A stretch of 64,000 nucleotides of DNA from Cyanobacteriota bacterium (GCA_046052125.1 JBJOMY010000001.1:192001-256000); one strand, 5' to 3'; counted from the stretch's first letter, positions 9,387-19,800 are shown. Made by a program: numbers and translations. Notes: generated by a model from the letters alone, not told the origin.

Positions 9387-11003
9387 TTATCGGCCCATCA
9401 GCGAATTCATCAGCTGTTGCTGTGCCTGAACCGCTTGCTGGTAGCGCTCCATCAAGCTCTGGCTCATCCGCGTTGGTGTGATCACCGCAGGGGTCAGACC
9501 AGGCAAGGTGGGAACGGGCGGCAGAGGATGCACCCAGCCGGGAGCGACCACCACCGCAGGAGCAGAGGGTTTCGGCTTCGGTTTGGACGCTGGACGGGGC
9601 TGGGCCACAGCCACCAGCGGTTCACGGGCCTCGGGTGTCTCCACCTGCACCGCTGGCACCGCTGGCACCGCTGGAGCGGGCTTCGGTTGGCTGGCCGCCT
9701 TTTGAGCCGCGATCAAGAGCTCTTCGCGCTGCCGCAGCTGGGCGAGCTGCGAATCAGGAACAACGCTCAACAGGTGACCGGGCGTGGCATCCGCCGGGTA
9801 CACCATGCTCACCTTCACCTTGTTGACCTGGCCCGGCTTCAGGTTCAGCGAGGCAATCGGCAGGCTCTGACCGGAGCGCAAGCCCACGTGCACCTCGCGG
9901 TAGCCCTCATCGCTCTCAATGCCGATCGAGCCGCGGAAGGCGGTGAAGGCTTTGCCATTGGGGGTGGGATGGCTGATCACCAGCTGATGGGGTCCGGCGC
10001 CCTGCAGGTTGAGCTGCACGTCGAAGCGGACCCCGTAGGTGCCCACGTTGTCGAGGGAGGAATCCACCATCCGGCTCGCCAGCTGATTCACCTGCACTTC
10101 ATTGGTGCCGAAGTGATGGCGATTGGTGCTCGTGAAGGGAACGTGCAATGCCCCCTGGCTCAGATCGTGATTGACGCTGGCGGTGTAGACATCGCCGAGG
10201 GCCACGCCGGCGACCCGGGAAAAGACCGTGCCATCCTGAATCTGCCGCACGCGGCTCAGGTAGATCCGCCCTGGCGCCAGGCGACGACTATCGAGCACGG
10301 CCAGGATGTCGGCGTCGCTTTGGGGGTTCTTGGCGGCCACCACAGCCATCTGGAAGGGACCATCACTGCGGCCCCGCAGCAAGCCGTTGGCAATTCCCAA
10401 GGCCGGAAGGGCCGTGCTGAACAACACGATCCGGCTGTAGGCGGGGATCGTGATCTCATCTTCGAGCCGGCGATCCAGTTGCCCCCGCAACATCTGCACG
10501 GCCGTGGCATCGCCAGGGCCCGTGTTCCAGGGGCGGGGCCCGAGGGGTTTCACCCCCATCAGGTTGTTGGCCAGGTAGGGGGCTTCAAAGCTGTTGCGAA
10601 CAGCGCCGTTCTTGAAATAGAGATGAACAGGCTTCGGCCCCGGGTTGATCAGGATCGTGGCGAGGGTCAGCTCACCTCTGCGACCGCCGCCGCTGCGCAG
10701 CTGACTGCGGTCTTCGGGGAAATATTTGTGGTGAACGTGGAGGCCGAATTCGCCGTTGAAGGTATAGGTGGCATTGGCAAGCGGTTGGTTGGTCTCCGCG
10801 GCGATCGCTGAACCGGGCTGGGTATCCACCAGGATCCCGGGGCCGAGCACCTCCTCCGGTTGGTTCGAGTGCAACACCGGCACGTTGTTGAAGGAGCCCT
10901 GCAAGGGCCTGGCGCTCTGCCCCGCCATCAGGGCTACGTACGCGTGAGCGGGTACCGGCGCCACGAGCACGCCAGCCACCAGTGACAGCAACAACGGCTT
11001 CAT
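9387..11003 (-). CDS. Exported DUF3370-like protein
   Basis: Signal peptide MKPLLLSLVAGVLVAPVPAHA; VPVLHSNQPE, NVGTYGVRF and YPADATPGHLL motifs; Pro/Ala-rich C-terminus. Confidence 0.8.
   Translation of the reverse strand: MKPLLLSLVAGVLVAPVPAHAYVALMAGQSARPLQGSFNNVPVLHSNQPEEVLGPGILVDTQPGSAIAAETNQPLANATYTFNGEFGLHVHHKYFPEDRSQLRSGGGRRGELTLATILINPGPKPVHLYFKNGAVRNSFEAPYLANNLMGVKPLGPRPWNTGPGDATAVQMLRGQLDRRLEDEITIPAYSRIVLFSTALPALGIANGLLRGRSDGPFQMAVVAAKNPQSDADILAVLDSRRLAPGRIYLSRVRQIQDGTVFSRVAGVALGDVYTASVNHDLSQGALHVPFTSTNRHHFGTNEVQVNQLASRMVDSSLDNVGTYGVRFDVQLNLQGAGPHQLVISHPTPNGKAFTAFRGSIGIESDEGYREVHVGLRSGQSLPIASLNLKPGQVNKVKVSMVYPADATPGHLLSVVPDSQLAQLRQREELLIAAQKAASQPKPAPAVPAVPAVQVETPEAREPLVAVAQPRPASKPKPKPSAPAVVVAPGWVHPLPPVPTLPGLTPAVITPTRMSQSLMERYQQAVQAQQQLMNSLMGR
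9647..9674. repeat. 9-bp tandem repeat (GCACCGCTG)x3 encoding PAV-PAV-PAV
   Basis: Directly read; lies in the Pro-rich linker of the DUF3370-like protein. Confidence 0.85.
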
Positions 11004-11209
11004 CTGACTCGTGGGACCAACTTCTCTCACCGTGCGATCAAACAAGAGGCAGGGTCGCTGGGGTTCCGTTTTGCTTTCGTTCTGCCGGCATAAAAATCAG
11101 TGAAAGCCAGGGCTTTAACCCCCGTGGAGGAGGGTGCGATGCGCTCTGGAACCATTCCCGCGGTCGGCCGTTGTCGACCGCTAGAACATCAACTGGTGTC
11201 TATTTTCCC

Positions 11210-11392
11210 ATGTTCCCGCCATTCTTTGGCTGCGGAGACAACTCCAACCCCCAGCAGCTCCGCCGCCGCCACCAGGAGCGCAAGCTGCACACCCTCACCT
11301 TCTGGCGCGATGGGCTGGAGCGTCAGCTGGCTGCGATCAACGCCGCCATCAGCACGCTTGAGCGGCAGATGCAGGACTCAACAGACGCCTGA
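11210..11392 (+). CDS. Small (60 aa) predicted coiled-coil protein convergent with sigF
   Basis: ATG at 11210; MFPPFFGCG...RDGLERQLAAINAAISTLERQM; host-like GC3 codon usage. Confidence 0.7.
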   Translation: MFPPFFGCGDNSNPQQLRRRHQERKLHTLTFWRDGLERQLAAINAAISTLERQMQDSTDA

Positions 11393-12080
11393 GTTCCGCC
11401 AGGGCCTGATGCAGCCGGCGGTGCACCGTGGCGGCACTGCTTCCCTCCCGTGCCGCCACCGCCCGCAGACTCAGGCCCTGAAACACCACCGCCTCCACCA
11501 CCTGCCGCTGGCGATCACTTAATTGCTGCAGCGCGCTCAGGGCGGACTCGCTCTCCTCCTCTCGCTCGGCCGCATCAGCTGCAAAGGCCTGAAGCTGCTC
11601 ATCAGCCTCGTTGAGCTGCCGAATCGACAGGCCGCCTGCGTCACAGCTGAGACCAGCCAACTCCAGCTGGTCCCACTGGCGATCGCTCAGGCCCAGCTGG
11701 CTGCACAGTTCTGCAGGCGTGGCCTCATGCCCTGATCCACTCGCCAAGGCCTGCCGGCATTGCCGCAAGGCGTAGCAACGTTCCTGCAAACGGCGCGACA
11801 CCCGCACCATCGGCGCCACATCCCGCAGGTAGTGGAGCACCGCACCACGAATGTGCGGGCGGGCGAAGGCAGCAAACGGCACGTTGCTGCGGCTGTCGTA
11901 ACGCTCGGCGGCGCGGATCAGTCCGATCACCGCCACCTGATGCAAGTCATCGCGCAGTTCAGCGCTGCGGGCTGCGTAGTGCCCCGCCACGCTGTTCACC
12001 AGCGCCAGATGGTTCTGCACCCGCTGATTGCGGCTGCGGATGCGCCGTGAAGGCTGGGATCGCTTGGCTGACGTGGACAC
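11349..12080 (-). CDS. sigF: Group 3 RNA polymerase sigma factor, SigF-like
   Basis: RNQRVQNHLALV, region 2 DDLHQVAVIGLIRAAERYD, IRGAVLHYLRD, region 4 helix-turn-helix. Confidence 0.85.
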   Translation of the reverse strand: MSTSAKRSQPSRRIRSRNQRVQNHLALVNSVAGHYAARSAELRDDLHQVAVIGLIRAAERYDSRSNVPFAAFARPHIRGAVLHYLRDVAPMVRVSRRLQERCYALRQCRQALASGSGHEATPAELCSQLGLSDRQWDQLELAGLSCDAGGLSIRQLNEADEQLQAFAADAAEREEESESALSALQQLSDRQRQVVEAVVFQGLSLRAVAAREGSSAATVHRRLHQALAELRRLLSPASAAQAC

Positions 12081-12153
12081 GGACTGAGAACTGATCTGGC
12101 TCTCTCAGCCAAGACGGGCTGTGACGGCCCACGCATCCGTGCTGCCACGGAAC

Positions 12154-12990
12154 TCACTGCGGTGGTGCCTGGGCTACAGCCTCCAGCAAGGCCAGGGGAC
12201 CGTGCTGTTGCAGCCAGTCGGTGTCGGATTCCGGCGTAACCAAAAGACAGCCGGCAAACCCCAAGGCATTGATGCTCATGCCGCTCCAATGCTCCTGGGT
12301 GCGAACCACGGTCATGAACCACTGCGGATCGAGCAGGAGGTTGTACGGCTGCAGAGGCTGCACCTGATGGGCCGGTTCCCCGAGGCCGAGCTCAAGCTGG
12401 TGGCGGCGGTACAGCTCAAACAGTTCAGCGGATGCATCGGGCGTGCCAAAACAAAGGCGCCGGCTGAGGCGGTACTGCCAGGGCCAGGCCGGTTGCGTTC
12501 CCTCCAGCTGCGCCATGCAGGAGGCCGCCAGTGGGCAGCTCACCTCCTGCGGGGATCGGGGCAACAGCTGGAGATGGCGGTGCGGCTGGCTGGCGCCGGC
12601 GGCGGCGCAGCTGTTGAAGAACCACAACCCAGCGGTGTCGGCCTCAACGGCGGCCAGAGCCTGCCAATCGCTGCGCTGCAGCCAGCCCGCCTGGGGCTGC
12701 CAGCTCTGGGTGATCAACAACACGTGCCCGCGCTGCACCGGGAATTTGTTGAGGATCAGCACGTGCTCCGCACTGAGCCGCTCCACTTCCAGCTCGGGAT
12801 CCCAGGGCAGGAAGGGATTCGGCTTGGGGCCCGCGCTCCGCAGGTGTTTCGGCGTGTCCGAGAGCAGGCGGCGCAACACAAACGGTTCACAGCCCGCCAG
12901 CTCCACCCGTTCGGTGTGCAGCGGCACCAGTGCTCCGGAGTGCTCGGCGGCTTCGCTGCGCGCCAGGGCTGCCTGGAGCAAACGACCCAT
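12154..12990 (-). CDS. ATP adenylyltransferase / Ap4A phosphorylase (HIT-like)
   Basis: NPFLPWD, LNKFPVQRGH, FFNS-x3-AGASQPHRHLQ (HxHxQ), SINALGFAG. Confidence 0.9.
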   Translation of the reverse strand: MGRLLQAALARSEAAEHSGALVPLHTERVELAGCEPFVLRRLLSDTPKHLRSAGPKPNPFLPWDPELEVERLSAEHVLILNKFPVQRGHVLLITQSWQPQAGWLQRSDWQALAAVEADTAGLWFFNSCAAAGASQPHRHLQLLPRSPQEVSCPLAASCMAQLEGTQPAWPWQYRLSRRLCFGTPDASAELFELYRRHQLELGLGEPAHQVQPLQPYNLLLDPQWFMTVVRTQEHWSGMSINALGFAGCLLVTPESDTDWLQQHGPLALLEAVAQAPPQ

Positions 12991-13949
12991 CAACCCTGGC
13001 CCTGACGCAAGCGTGCCAGGGATGCTCCCCGGTAGTAATGGCCAAGGATCTGGTTGTAGCGCTGGCCGCTGCTCGCCATGGCCTGGGCACCGTGCTGACT
13101 CATCGACGCCCCCAAATGGCCATGGGCTTCCATGCTGATCTCGCTGGTGGCGGCGTACAGGCTTTCCACAATGCCGCCCTGGTAGCTGAGGATCAGGCCG
13201 CTAGTGAGGGCTGCCGCTTCGCGGGTGCGCGCCGTACTGCTGGCCAAGCCCCGATAGGCCTGCCAGCGGGTGGTGTTGCCCAGATGCCAATGGCGGCTGG
13301 CGGGCCGCGCCATGTGGGCCAGGGCATAGGAGCGAGCTGCCACCGCCTGGGCTTTGAGCGCTTCCATCGACCAGGAACTGGGCATCTCCGCTCCCACCAC
13401 CGAGGCCACATAGGCCTCCAGAGGCAGGTGGTTGACGGCCAACAAGCCATCGCTGTCGCTCAGCACCCGCAGGCGGCCGTCGTAGGCTTGGCCATTAACG
13501 CTCACCGCGTGGCCGGCGCTGGTTTCCAGCCAGATCTCCGCCGGCAGCCCATCGGCGGCACTGAGGCTGAGGGCCGAGCCGGCCGCCCCCTGACGCAACA
13601 CCGATCCATCGGCACCCCGCAGCCACCAGGGCCCGCTGGCCGAGAGCTGCAGCTGCGAGGCAGCACGAACCACAGCCACACGGATCTCCAAGGCGAGCGG
13701 CGTGCCGCGGGCCGGCTCCGCCAGGGCCAGGCCTCCGCCCTTGCCAGCCATGCGTTCTGCCGCCAAACCGCGCAGGTCATCACCTGCCGACGACTGAGGC
13801 ACCGCGTGGGGTGGCGGGCTCGCCAACATCGCCTCCAACAGCGGCCCGTCGAGCGTTGAGCCGTTGGGCATCACCGCCTGAGCCCAGAACCCCAGCCCCA
13901 GTGCCCCCAGTCCCATCGGGGCGCCGAGCATCAGGCTGCGCCAATTCAC
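12990..13949 (-). CDS. SpoIID/LytB domain protein
   Basis: VNHLPLEAYVASVVGAEMP, EALKAQAVAARSYA, QAYRG, MSQHGA, ILGHYYRG; GTG start at 13949 overlaps the upstream TGA. Confidence 0.9.
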   Translation of the reverse strand: MNWRSLMLGAPMGLGALGLGFWAQAVMPNGSTLDGPLLEAMLASPPPHAVPQSSAGDDLRGLAAERMAGKGGGLALAEPARGTPLALEIRVAVVRAASQLQLSASGPWWLRGADGSVLRQGAAGSALSLSAADGLPAEIWLETSAGHAVSVNGQAYDGRLRVLSDSDGLLAVNHLPLEAYVASVVGAEMPSSWSMEALKAQAVAARSYALAHMARPASRHWHLGNTTRWQAYRGLASSTARTREAAALTSGLILSYQGGIVESLYAATSEISMEAHGHLGASMSQHGAQAMASSGQRYNQILGHYYRGASLARLRQGQG

Positions 13950-14830
13950 AGCCTCACGGACTGCTGCCAGTCGTCTGGATCGCAGCCAGAGCCTGAGGCG
14001 TTGATCTGTCCGTCCCATAGGAGCTGACCGGCACCTGTCAGACGAACCAGGCCTGATCCGGCGTCGTCGCAGAGCATTCCACCACGCCGGGGCGATGGTT
14101 GCCAGCCGCGCACCTGGGACCGTTGCAACCGTTCCATCCACCAGGGGGCCACCAGGGCGTGGGCCGAGCCGGTGACCGGATCCTCATCAATGCCGAGCCC
14201 TGGCGCGAAGAAGCGCAGTTGGTAGTCGCAGGAGCCGTCCATCAGCTCAGGGCCAGCGGTTGGGAGGGCTTGCATCAGCACCAGGCCCATGCGGTCCTGG
14301 CCCTGCAATCGGGGCGCGGGATTGTCCATCGCTGCCAACGCTGCATCTTCCGGCAACAGCGCCACGCGGTAGCCCAGGGCCGAACCCCAGTAGGCCTCAA
14401 TCGCTGTACCCAGCAGTGTTTCCAGGGCATTGGGCACAGGCAGCGGTTCAAGCCCCCCACCTGGCAACACCAAACTGGCGCTCCCTGGCCAGCGCGCTTC
14501 GAGGCCCACCGCCAAAGCACCGCTGCGGCTGGCGAGCTGCAGGGTGGTGCCCGGTTGCAGACGGCCCCAGTGGGCCAGGGCCAGCGTGGCCGCCAGGGTG
14601 GCGTGACCGCAGAGCGGCACTTCGCAGCTGGGGGTGAACCAACGCAGGCGCCATTGCCCCTGATCGCTGCAATGCAGAAACGCCGTTTCCGACTGTTTGA
14701 AACTGCCCGCGAGGCGCTGCATCCAGGCCGCTGATGCGGGCTGCTCCAGCAGCACCACCGCGGCGCCATTGCCGTGCAGCGGTTCACTACTGAACGCCTC
14801 CACCAACACAGCGGGCAGGCGCTGCTGCAT
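13946..14830 (-). CDS. PhzF family isomerase
   Basis: AFS-x4-GNGAAVV, SETAF, LRWFTP-x2-EVPLCGHATLA, RFFAP-x2-GIDEDPVTGSAH. Confidence 0.92.
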   Translation of the reverse strand: MQQRLPAVLVEAFSSEPLHGNGAAVVLLEQPASAAWMQRLAGSFKQSETAFLHCSDQGQWRLRWFTPSCEVPLCGHATLAATLALAHWGRLQPGTTLQLASRSGALAVGLEARWPGSASLVLPGGGLEPLPVPNALETLLGTAIEAYWGSALGYRVALLPEDAALAAMDNPAPRLQGQDRMGLVLMQALPTAGPELMDGSCDYQLRFFAPGLGIDEDPVTGSAHALVAPWWMERLQRSQVRGWQPSPRRGGMLCDDAGSGLVRLTGAGQLLWDGQINASGSGCDPDDWQQSVRL

Positions 14831-15756
14831 CACGCGAAGGCCAGCTCCTCAGGCTTGAGGCCGCGCCCCATCAGCAGCCGAACCGCCGCCGCCGGCTCCA
14901 GCTCACCCGCCATCAGCGCTCCCACCTGCTCACAAATTGGCAAATGCCAGCCATGGCGTTCGCCCAGGGCCAACACCGCCAAAGCGGTCTGCGCCCCTTC
15001 CACCGTGGCGCCTACCCGCTCCAGGGCGGCATCGCGATCCAATCCCTCCGCCAGGGCCAGGCCAAAGCGGTAATTGCGGCTGAGGTTGCTATTGGCCGTG
15101 GCCAGCAGATCCCCCAGCCCCGCCAGGCCATAAAGGCTGGGAGCATCGCCCCCCAGGCCCTGGATCACCAGGCCCATCTCCACGAGTCCTCGGCACAGGA
15201 GCGAGGCCTTGGCATTGGCACCCAGCGCCAGGCCGTCACACACACCAGCCGCGATCGCCATCACGTTCTTGAGAGCGCCGGCCACCTCGGTGCCCACCGG
15301 GTCGTTGTTGGTGTACAGCCGCAGGCGCTCGCTGCTCAGGGCCTGTTGCAACTCAGCGGCGAGCGATTGGTTGTCGCTGGCCAACACGCTGGCAGCCGGC
15401 AACCCCTCGGCCAGTTCGGTCGCCAGATTCGGGCCGCTGAGCACCACCACCGGCAGGTCGGGCAGCTCCCGGCGCCATAGCTGGCTGGGGGTGCATTGCA
15501 GCTCGAGATCGATGCCTTTGCTGCAGCTCAAGAGCGGAACGCCAGCGGGCCACTCGGGCGCCAGCTGCGGCACCAGGCTGCGCACACCATGGAGCGAGGC
15601 GGCCATCACCACCAAGTCGGCCTTCGCTAGCGCCTGTTGAGGGGATCCTCCCTGGCGCCGGCTCCAGCCCTGCACCTGATGCCCCTGTTCCTCGAACAGC
15701 GCAGCGAGGGTGGAACCCCAGGCTCCCAGACCGATGACCGCGATGCGCAGGCTCAT
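14830..15756 (-). CDS. gpsA: NAD(P)H-dependent glycerol-3-phosphate dehydrogenase
   Basis: GLGAWGS, SKGI, LSGPNLA, GALKNVMAIAAG, GLAGLGDL, SRNYRFG. Confidence 0.95.
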   Translation of the reverse strand: MSLRIAVIGLGAWGSTLAALFEEQGHQVQGWSRRQGGSPQQALAKADLVVMAASLHGVRSLVPQLAPEWPAGVPLLSCSKGIDLELQCTPSQLWRRELPDLPVVVLSGPNLATELAEGLPAASVLASDNQSLAAELQQALSSERLRLYTNNDPVGTEVAGALKNVMAIAAGVCDGLALGANAKASLLCRGLVEMGLVIQGLGGDAPSLYGLAGLGDLLATANSNLSRNYRFGLALAEGLDRDAALERVGATVEGAQTALAVLALGERHGWHLPICEQVGALMAGELEPAAAVRLLMGRGLKPEELAFA

Positions 15757-15763
15757 GGCGCCA

Positions 15764-16147
15764 TCATGCGCCAGCGGCAGCGTGTTGTTGCAGCACCTCC
15801 AGGGGGATCACCGCCAGGGTGCTCTGCTCGCAGGCTTCGAGACGCACGGGCGGGGCCATGCCGTCCTCGTAGGCCTCGAGCCAGCGGCCGGCGCACACGC
15901 ACCAGTGATCACCGGGTTTGAGGCCAGGGAAGCCGTAGTGCGGGGCAGGGGTGCTGAGGTCGTTGCCCTGGGCGCGCGAATAGGAGAGGAAGCGCTCATC
16001 CACCACACAACACACCGTGTGGCGGCCGAGATCCGTGCCATCGGTGCGGCAGCTGCCATCGCGGTACCAACCGGTCATCGGATCGCAGCCGCAAACCGCC
16101 AGGGGCTCGCCGAGCACGTTCAGGGCTGGGGTGTCGTTGGGGCTCAC
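15764..16147 (-). CDS. DUF2237 family protein
   Basis: NVLGEPL, DPMTGWYRDGSC, GNDLSTP, FPGLKPGDHWCVCAGRW; start uncertain (GTG 16147). Confidence 0.88.
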   Translation of the reverse strand: MSPNDTPALNVLGEPLAVCGCDPMTGWYRDGSCRTDGTDLGRHTVCCVVDERFLSYSRAQGNDLSTPAPHYGFPGLKPGDHWCVCAGRWLEAYEDGMAPPVRLEACEQSTLAVIPLEVLQQHAAAGA

Positions 16148-16265
16148 AGGGGCGAACAACGCTCTGGTGAACGGCAGTCTGACGACGGAGTGGCACAAAT
16201 CGCGATCAGACAGTTGACGGACCCTGGGGGGCAGGCGTTAAAGGTCATTCAGCAGACCCCCCTAC

Positions 16266-16493
16266 ATGAGCTGGGACTTCACCGAAGACGGCGCCTTCCT
16301 GGCCCTGTGCGATGCCTTCAAGGAAAGCGGCGAGAGCTCGGCGATCGAGTTCCTGGCCAACGGTGAAGGTGCCTTCCATTTCCAGGAGCTGGCTCAGAAC
16401 GCCGCCGGTGAGGGCATCGATCTCTCCGACTCCACCGATCTCGAGGAGTTCCAGCAGGAAGTGATCGAAACCCTCGAAGACCTCTGCGGCTGA
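16266..16493 (+). CDS. Small acidic hypothetical protein
   Basis: 75 aa ORF with strong GC3 bias filling the gap between flanking genes. Confidence 0.8.
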   Translation: MSWDFTEDGAFLALCDAFKESGESSAIEFLANGEGAFHFQELAQNAAGEGIDLSDSTDLEEFQQEVIETLEDLCG

Positions 16494-16565
16494 TTGCTCA
16501 ACCGACCGGGAGGACCCCAGAGCGCTGGCAGCAGGGCCTCTCGATCCACAAAGGAGATCTCGGCC

Positions 16566-16841
16566 TCAGGCGCCGTAGAAGAAAGCGATCTCCTTGTCCT
16601 TCAGACCCTCCCAGCCAGCGGCCTTGAGGCGCGCATCGAGGGTTTGCTGGTCGAAATGCTTTGAGCCGGTTTTCACGATGCGGTTGCGCATCGATTTCTT
16701 CACGCCACTGCGGGCGCGCTGGCTCTCCAGATCCATCACCTCCTTGTAGAGGCTGATCATCTCCGCAGGGATCGGGGTGCCATCGAGGTCGAGGCCTGCA
16801 GCGATGGCGTCGTCGACGCCGCCGGGTCCGGCAATGGCCAT
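16566..16841 (-). CDS. DUF4090-like protein
   Basis: GLDLDGTPIP, LYKEVMDLE, RSGVKKSMRNRIVKTGSKH, KEIAFFY. Confidence 0.8.
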   Translation of the reverse strand: MAIAGPGGVDDAIAAGLDLDGTPIPAEMISLYKEVMDLESQRARSGVKKSMRNRIVKTGSKHFDQQTLDARLKAAGWEGLKDKEIAFFYGA

Positions 16842-16898
16842 GCAGGGGAGGGGTTCAGGGCGAGTCGACCCTAGGGCCGGCCCCATCCAGAACGGTTC

Positions 16899-19800
16899 TC
16901 AGGCGGAGAAGTAACGGGCCTGGCTGTGCAGGGCCACCAGGGCCGTGGTGCTCTGCTCGGGCTCGAGCTGATCGCTCTCATCCATCGACAGACCGATGCG
17001 ATCCGTGTGCAGCCAGGCCAGCTGCTGGCGCGAATCGCCCACGTTGGGGCAGGCGGGGTAGCCGAAGGAGTAACGGCTGCCGCGGTAGCGCTGGGCGAGC
17101 ACGTCCCGCAGCGGCATGTCGGCGGGATCGGCGAAGCCCAGCTCGCTGCGGATGCGGGCATGCACCCACTCGGCGAGGGCCTCGGCCATCTGCACTCCAA
17201 GGCCGTGGAAATAGAGGTAGTCGCTGTACTGGTCGCCCTTGAACAGCCGCTGGGCAAAGGCCGTGGCCTTCTCGCCCATGGTCACCGCCTGCATCGGCAG
17301 CACATCGGTGGGCTGGCCGCCGGCGAGGTCTTGATAGAAGTCGGCGATGCAGTAGCGGTTGCCGGAGCGTTGGCGCGGCAGGGCGAAACGGCCGAGCTCA
17401 ATGCTGCGCTCACCGGCACCGCTGTGCTGCTGGGGATCGAAGACCACAACGCTGTTGCCCTCACGACCGCAGGGGAAGTAGCCGTAGGCCACCCGCGGCG
17501 TGAGCAGTTGCTCGTCAAGGCAGCGCGCCATCCACTGCTGCAGCACGGGCTCAGCCTTCTCGGCGAGCAACGCTTCGTAGTCCTCACGCGATTGGCCCTG
17601 GGCCTTGCGCAGCTGCCATTGGCCAGCAAACAAGGCGTTGCGATCCAGGTAGGCAAACACCTGCTCCAGCGGGATCTCCTTCTCGGTGAGCACTTGGCTG
17701 CCCCAGAAGGGAGGCGTGAGCGCCGGTTCAGCGGGCACCGCCTCGGAGCGGTGGTCGTTGGGTTCGGCGGGGGCCGTAGCGGCCGATTCGTTGGCGGCAG
17801 CGGCCTCGGGAGCTGTTCCGGCGGCATCACCGGCCGGTTCAGCCGCAGCCTCGGCCTCTACGGCCGTCTCGAGCCCCAGGCCCTCAGGGGCACCGGCGAG
17901 AAAGCCACGCCCGTTGTCCCACTGCTCGGCATCGCGGGCCGCCACGTAGGCATCCATGAAGCGCAGGTCGGCGAAGGCATCGCGGCCGTAGATCACCTGG
18001 CCCTGGTACACCTCGCGGCAGTCCTTGTTCACAAAGCGCGGGGTGAGGGCCGCACCGCCGAGGATCACGGGCACATCGATGCCCGCCTCGTTGAAGGCCG
18101 CGAGGTTGTCCTTCATGAACGCGGTGGACTTCACCAGCAGGCCGCTCATGGCGATGCAGTCGGCCTGGTGCTTCTGCTGCGCCTCGATAATCGCTTCCAC
18201 CGGCTGCTTGATGCCGAGGTTGATCACCTCGTAGCCGTTGTTGGTGAGGATGATGTCGACCAGGTTTTTGCCGATGTCGTGCACATCGCCCTTCACGGTG
18301 GCGATCAGGAACTTGGCCTTGGCGGAGCTCTCGCCCTCCACCTTGTCCATCAGCGGCTCGAGGAAGGCCACGGCCGATTTCATCGTTTCGGCGCTCTGCA
18401 GCACGAAGGGCAGCTGCATCTGGCCGGAGCCGAACAGCTCACCCACCACCTTCATGCCATCGAGCAGGAAGGTGTTGATGATCTCCAGCGGCTTGTAGCG
18501 CTCCAGCGCAATCTTGAGCGCGTCTTCCAGGCCGATGCGCTCGCCATCGATGATGTGCTGCTTGAGGCGCTCCTCGATCGGCAGGTCACTGAGCTGCGGG
18601 CCTGAGGCGCGGGCTTCCTTGGCGCTCACCCCCTCGAACAGCTTGGTGAGTTCGGTGAGCGGGTCGTAGATGCACACGCCGTTGTCGAAACGGCGGTTGT
18701 CGTTGATCAGATCACGGCACACCTGCTGGTGTTCCTCGCTGATCTTCACCAGCGGCAGGATCTTGGCCGGGCTCACAATTGCTGCATCCATGCCGGCTTC
18801 GCAGCAGTCGTGCAGGAACACGGAATTGAGCACGATCCGCGCCGCCGGCGACAGACCGAAGCTCACGTTGCTCACGCCGAGCACCACGTGCACCCCGGGC
18901 AGGTTCTGGCGGATCATCCGGATCGCCTCCACCGTGGCCAGGCCGTTCTCGCGGTCTTCCTCGATGCCGGTGGAGATGGGCAGGGCGAGGGGGTCGTAGA
19001 AGATTTCGTGGGCGGGAATGCCGTATTCGAGGGCATCGCGGTAGGCGCGCTGGGCGATCACGAACTTGCGCTCCGCCGTGCGGGCCATCCCCTCTTCATC
19101 GATGGTGCCCACCACCACACCGGCGCCGTAATCGCGGGCCAGCTCCAGCACCTTGAAGAAGCGCTCGTCGCCGTCTTCGTAGTTGGTGGAGTTGAGGATG
19201 CACTTGCCGCCGGCCATCTTCAGGCCGGCCTCCATCTTTTGCCACTCGGTGGAATCGAGCATCAGCGGCAGGTTCACGTTCGTGACCAGCCGGCTCACCA
19301 GCTCGCGCATGTCGCGCTCGCCATCGCGCCCCACGTAGTCGACGTTCACGTCGAGCACGTGCGCGTTTTCCTTCACCTGGCCGCGGGCCACAGCCACCAG
19401 GCCATCCCAATCTTCAACGGCGAGAAGATCGCGCACCTTCTTGGAGCCGCTGGCATTGAGACGCTCGCCAATGATCAGGAAGGAGTTGTCCTGCAGGTAG
19501 GGCGTGGTGCCGTAGAGCGAGGCGGCCGCCGGCTCGTAGCTAAAGGCCGGGCGGGGATCTTCAGCGCTTTGGCGCAGCTCGGGGGTGCGCACAGGGCGCG
19601 GGGCGGGTTTGAGCTCCGCCGCCAGTTCCGCCAGGGCACCGATGTGGGCCGGTGTGGTGCCGCAGCAGCCGCCGATCACCTGCACGCCGAGGTCTTCGAC
19701 GAAGTGCATCAGCTGCATCTTCATCTCCACCGGTGTGAGCCGGTAGTGGGCCACGCCACCGATGTTTTCCGGCAGGCCGGCGTTGGGGATGCAGCTCACC

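Noticed and set aside
11004..11209. Glutamine (glnA or downstream-peptide) riboswitch ahead of the small ORF
   Set aside because: Could not match the conserved motif; only generic hairpins are present
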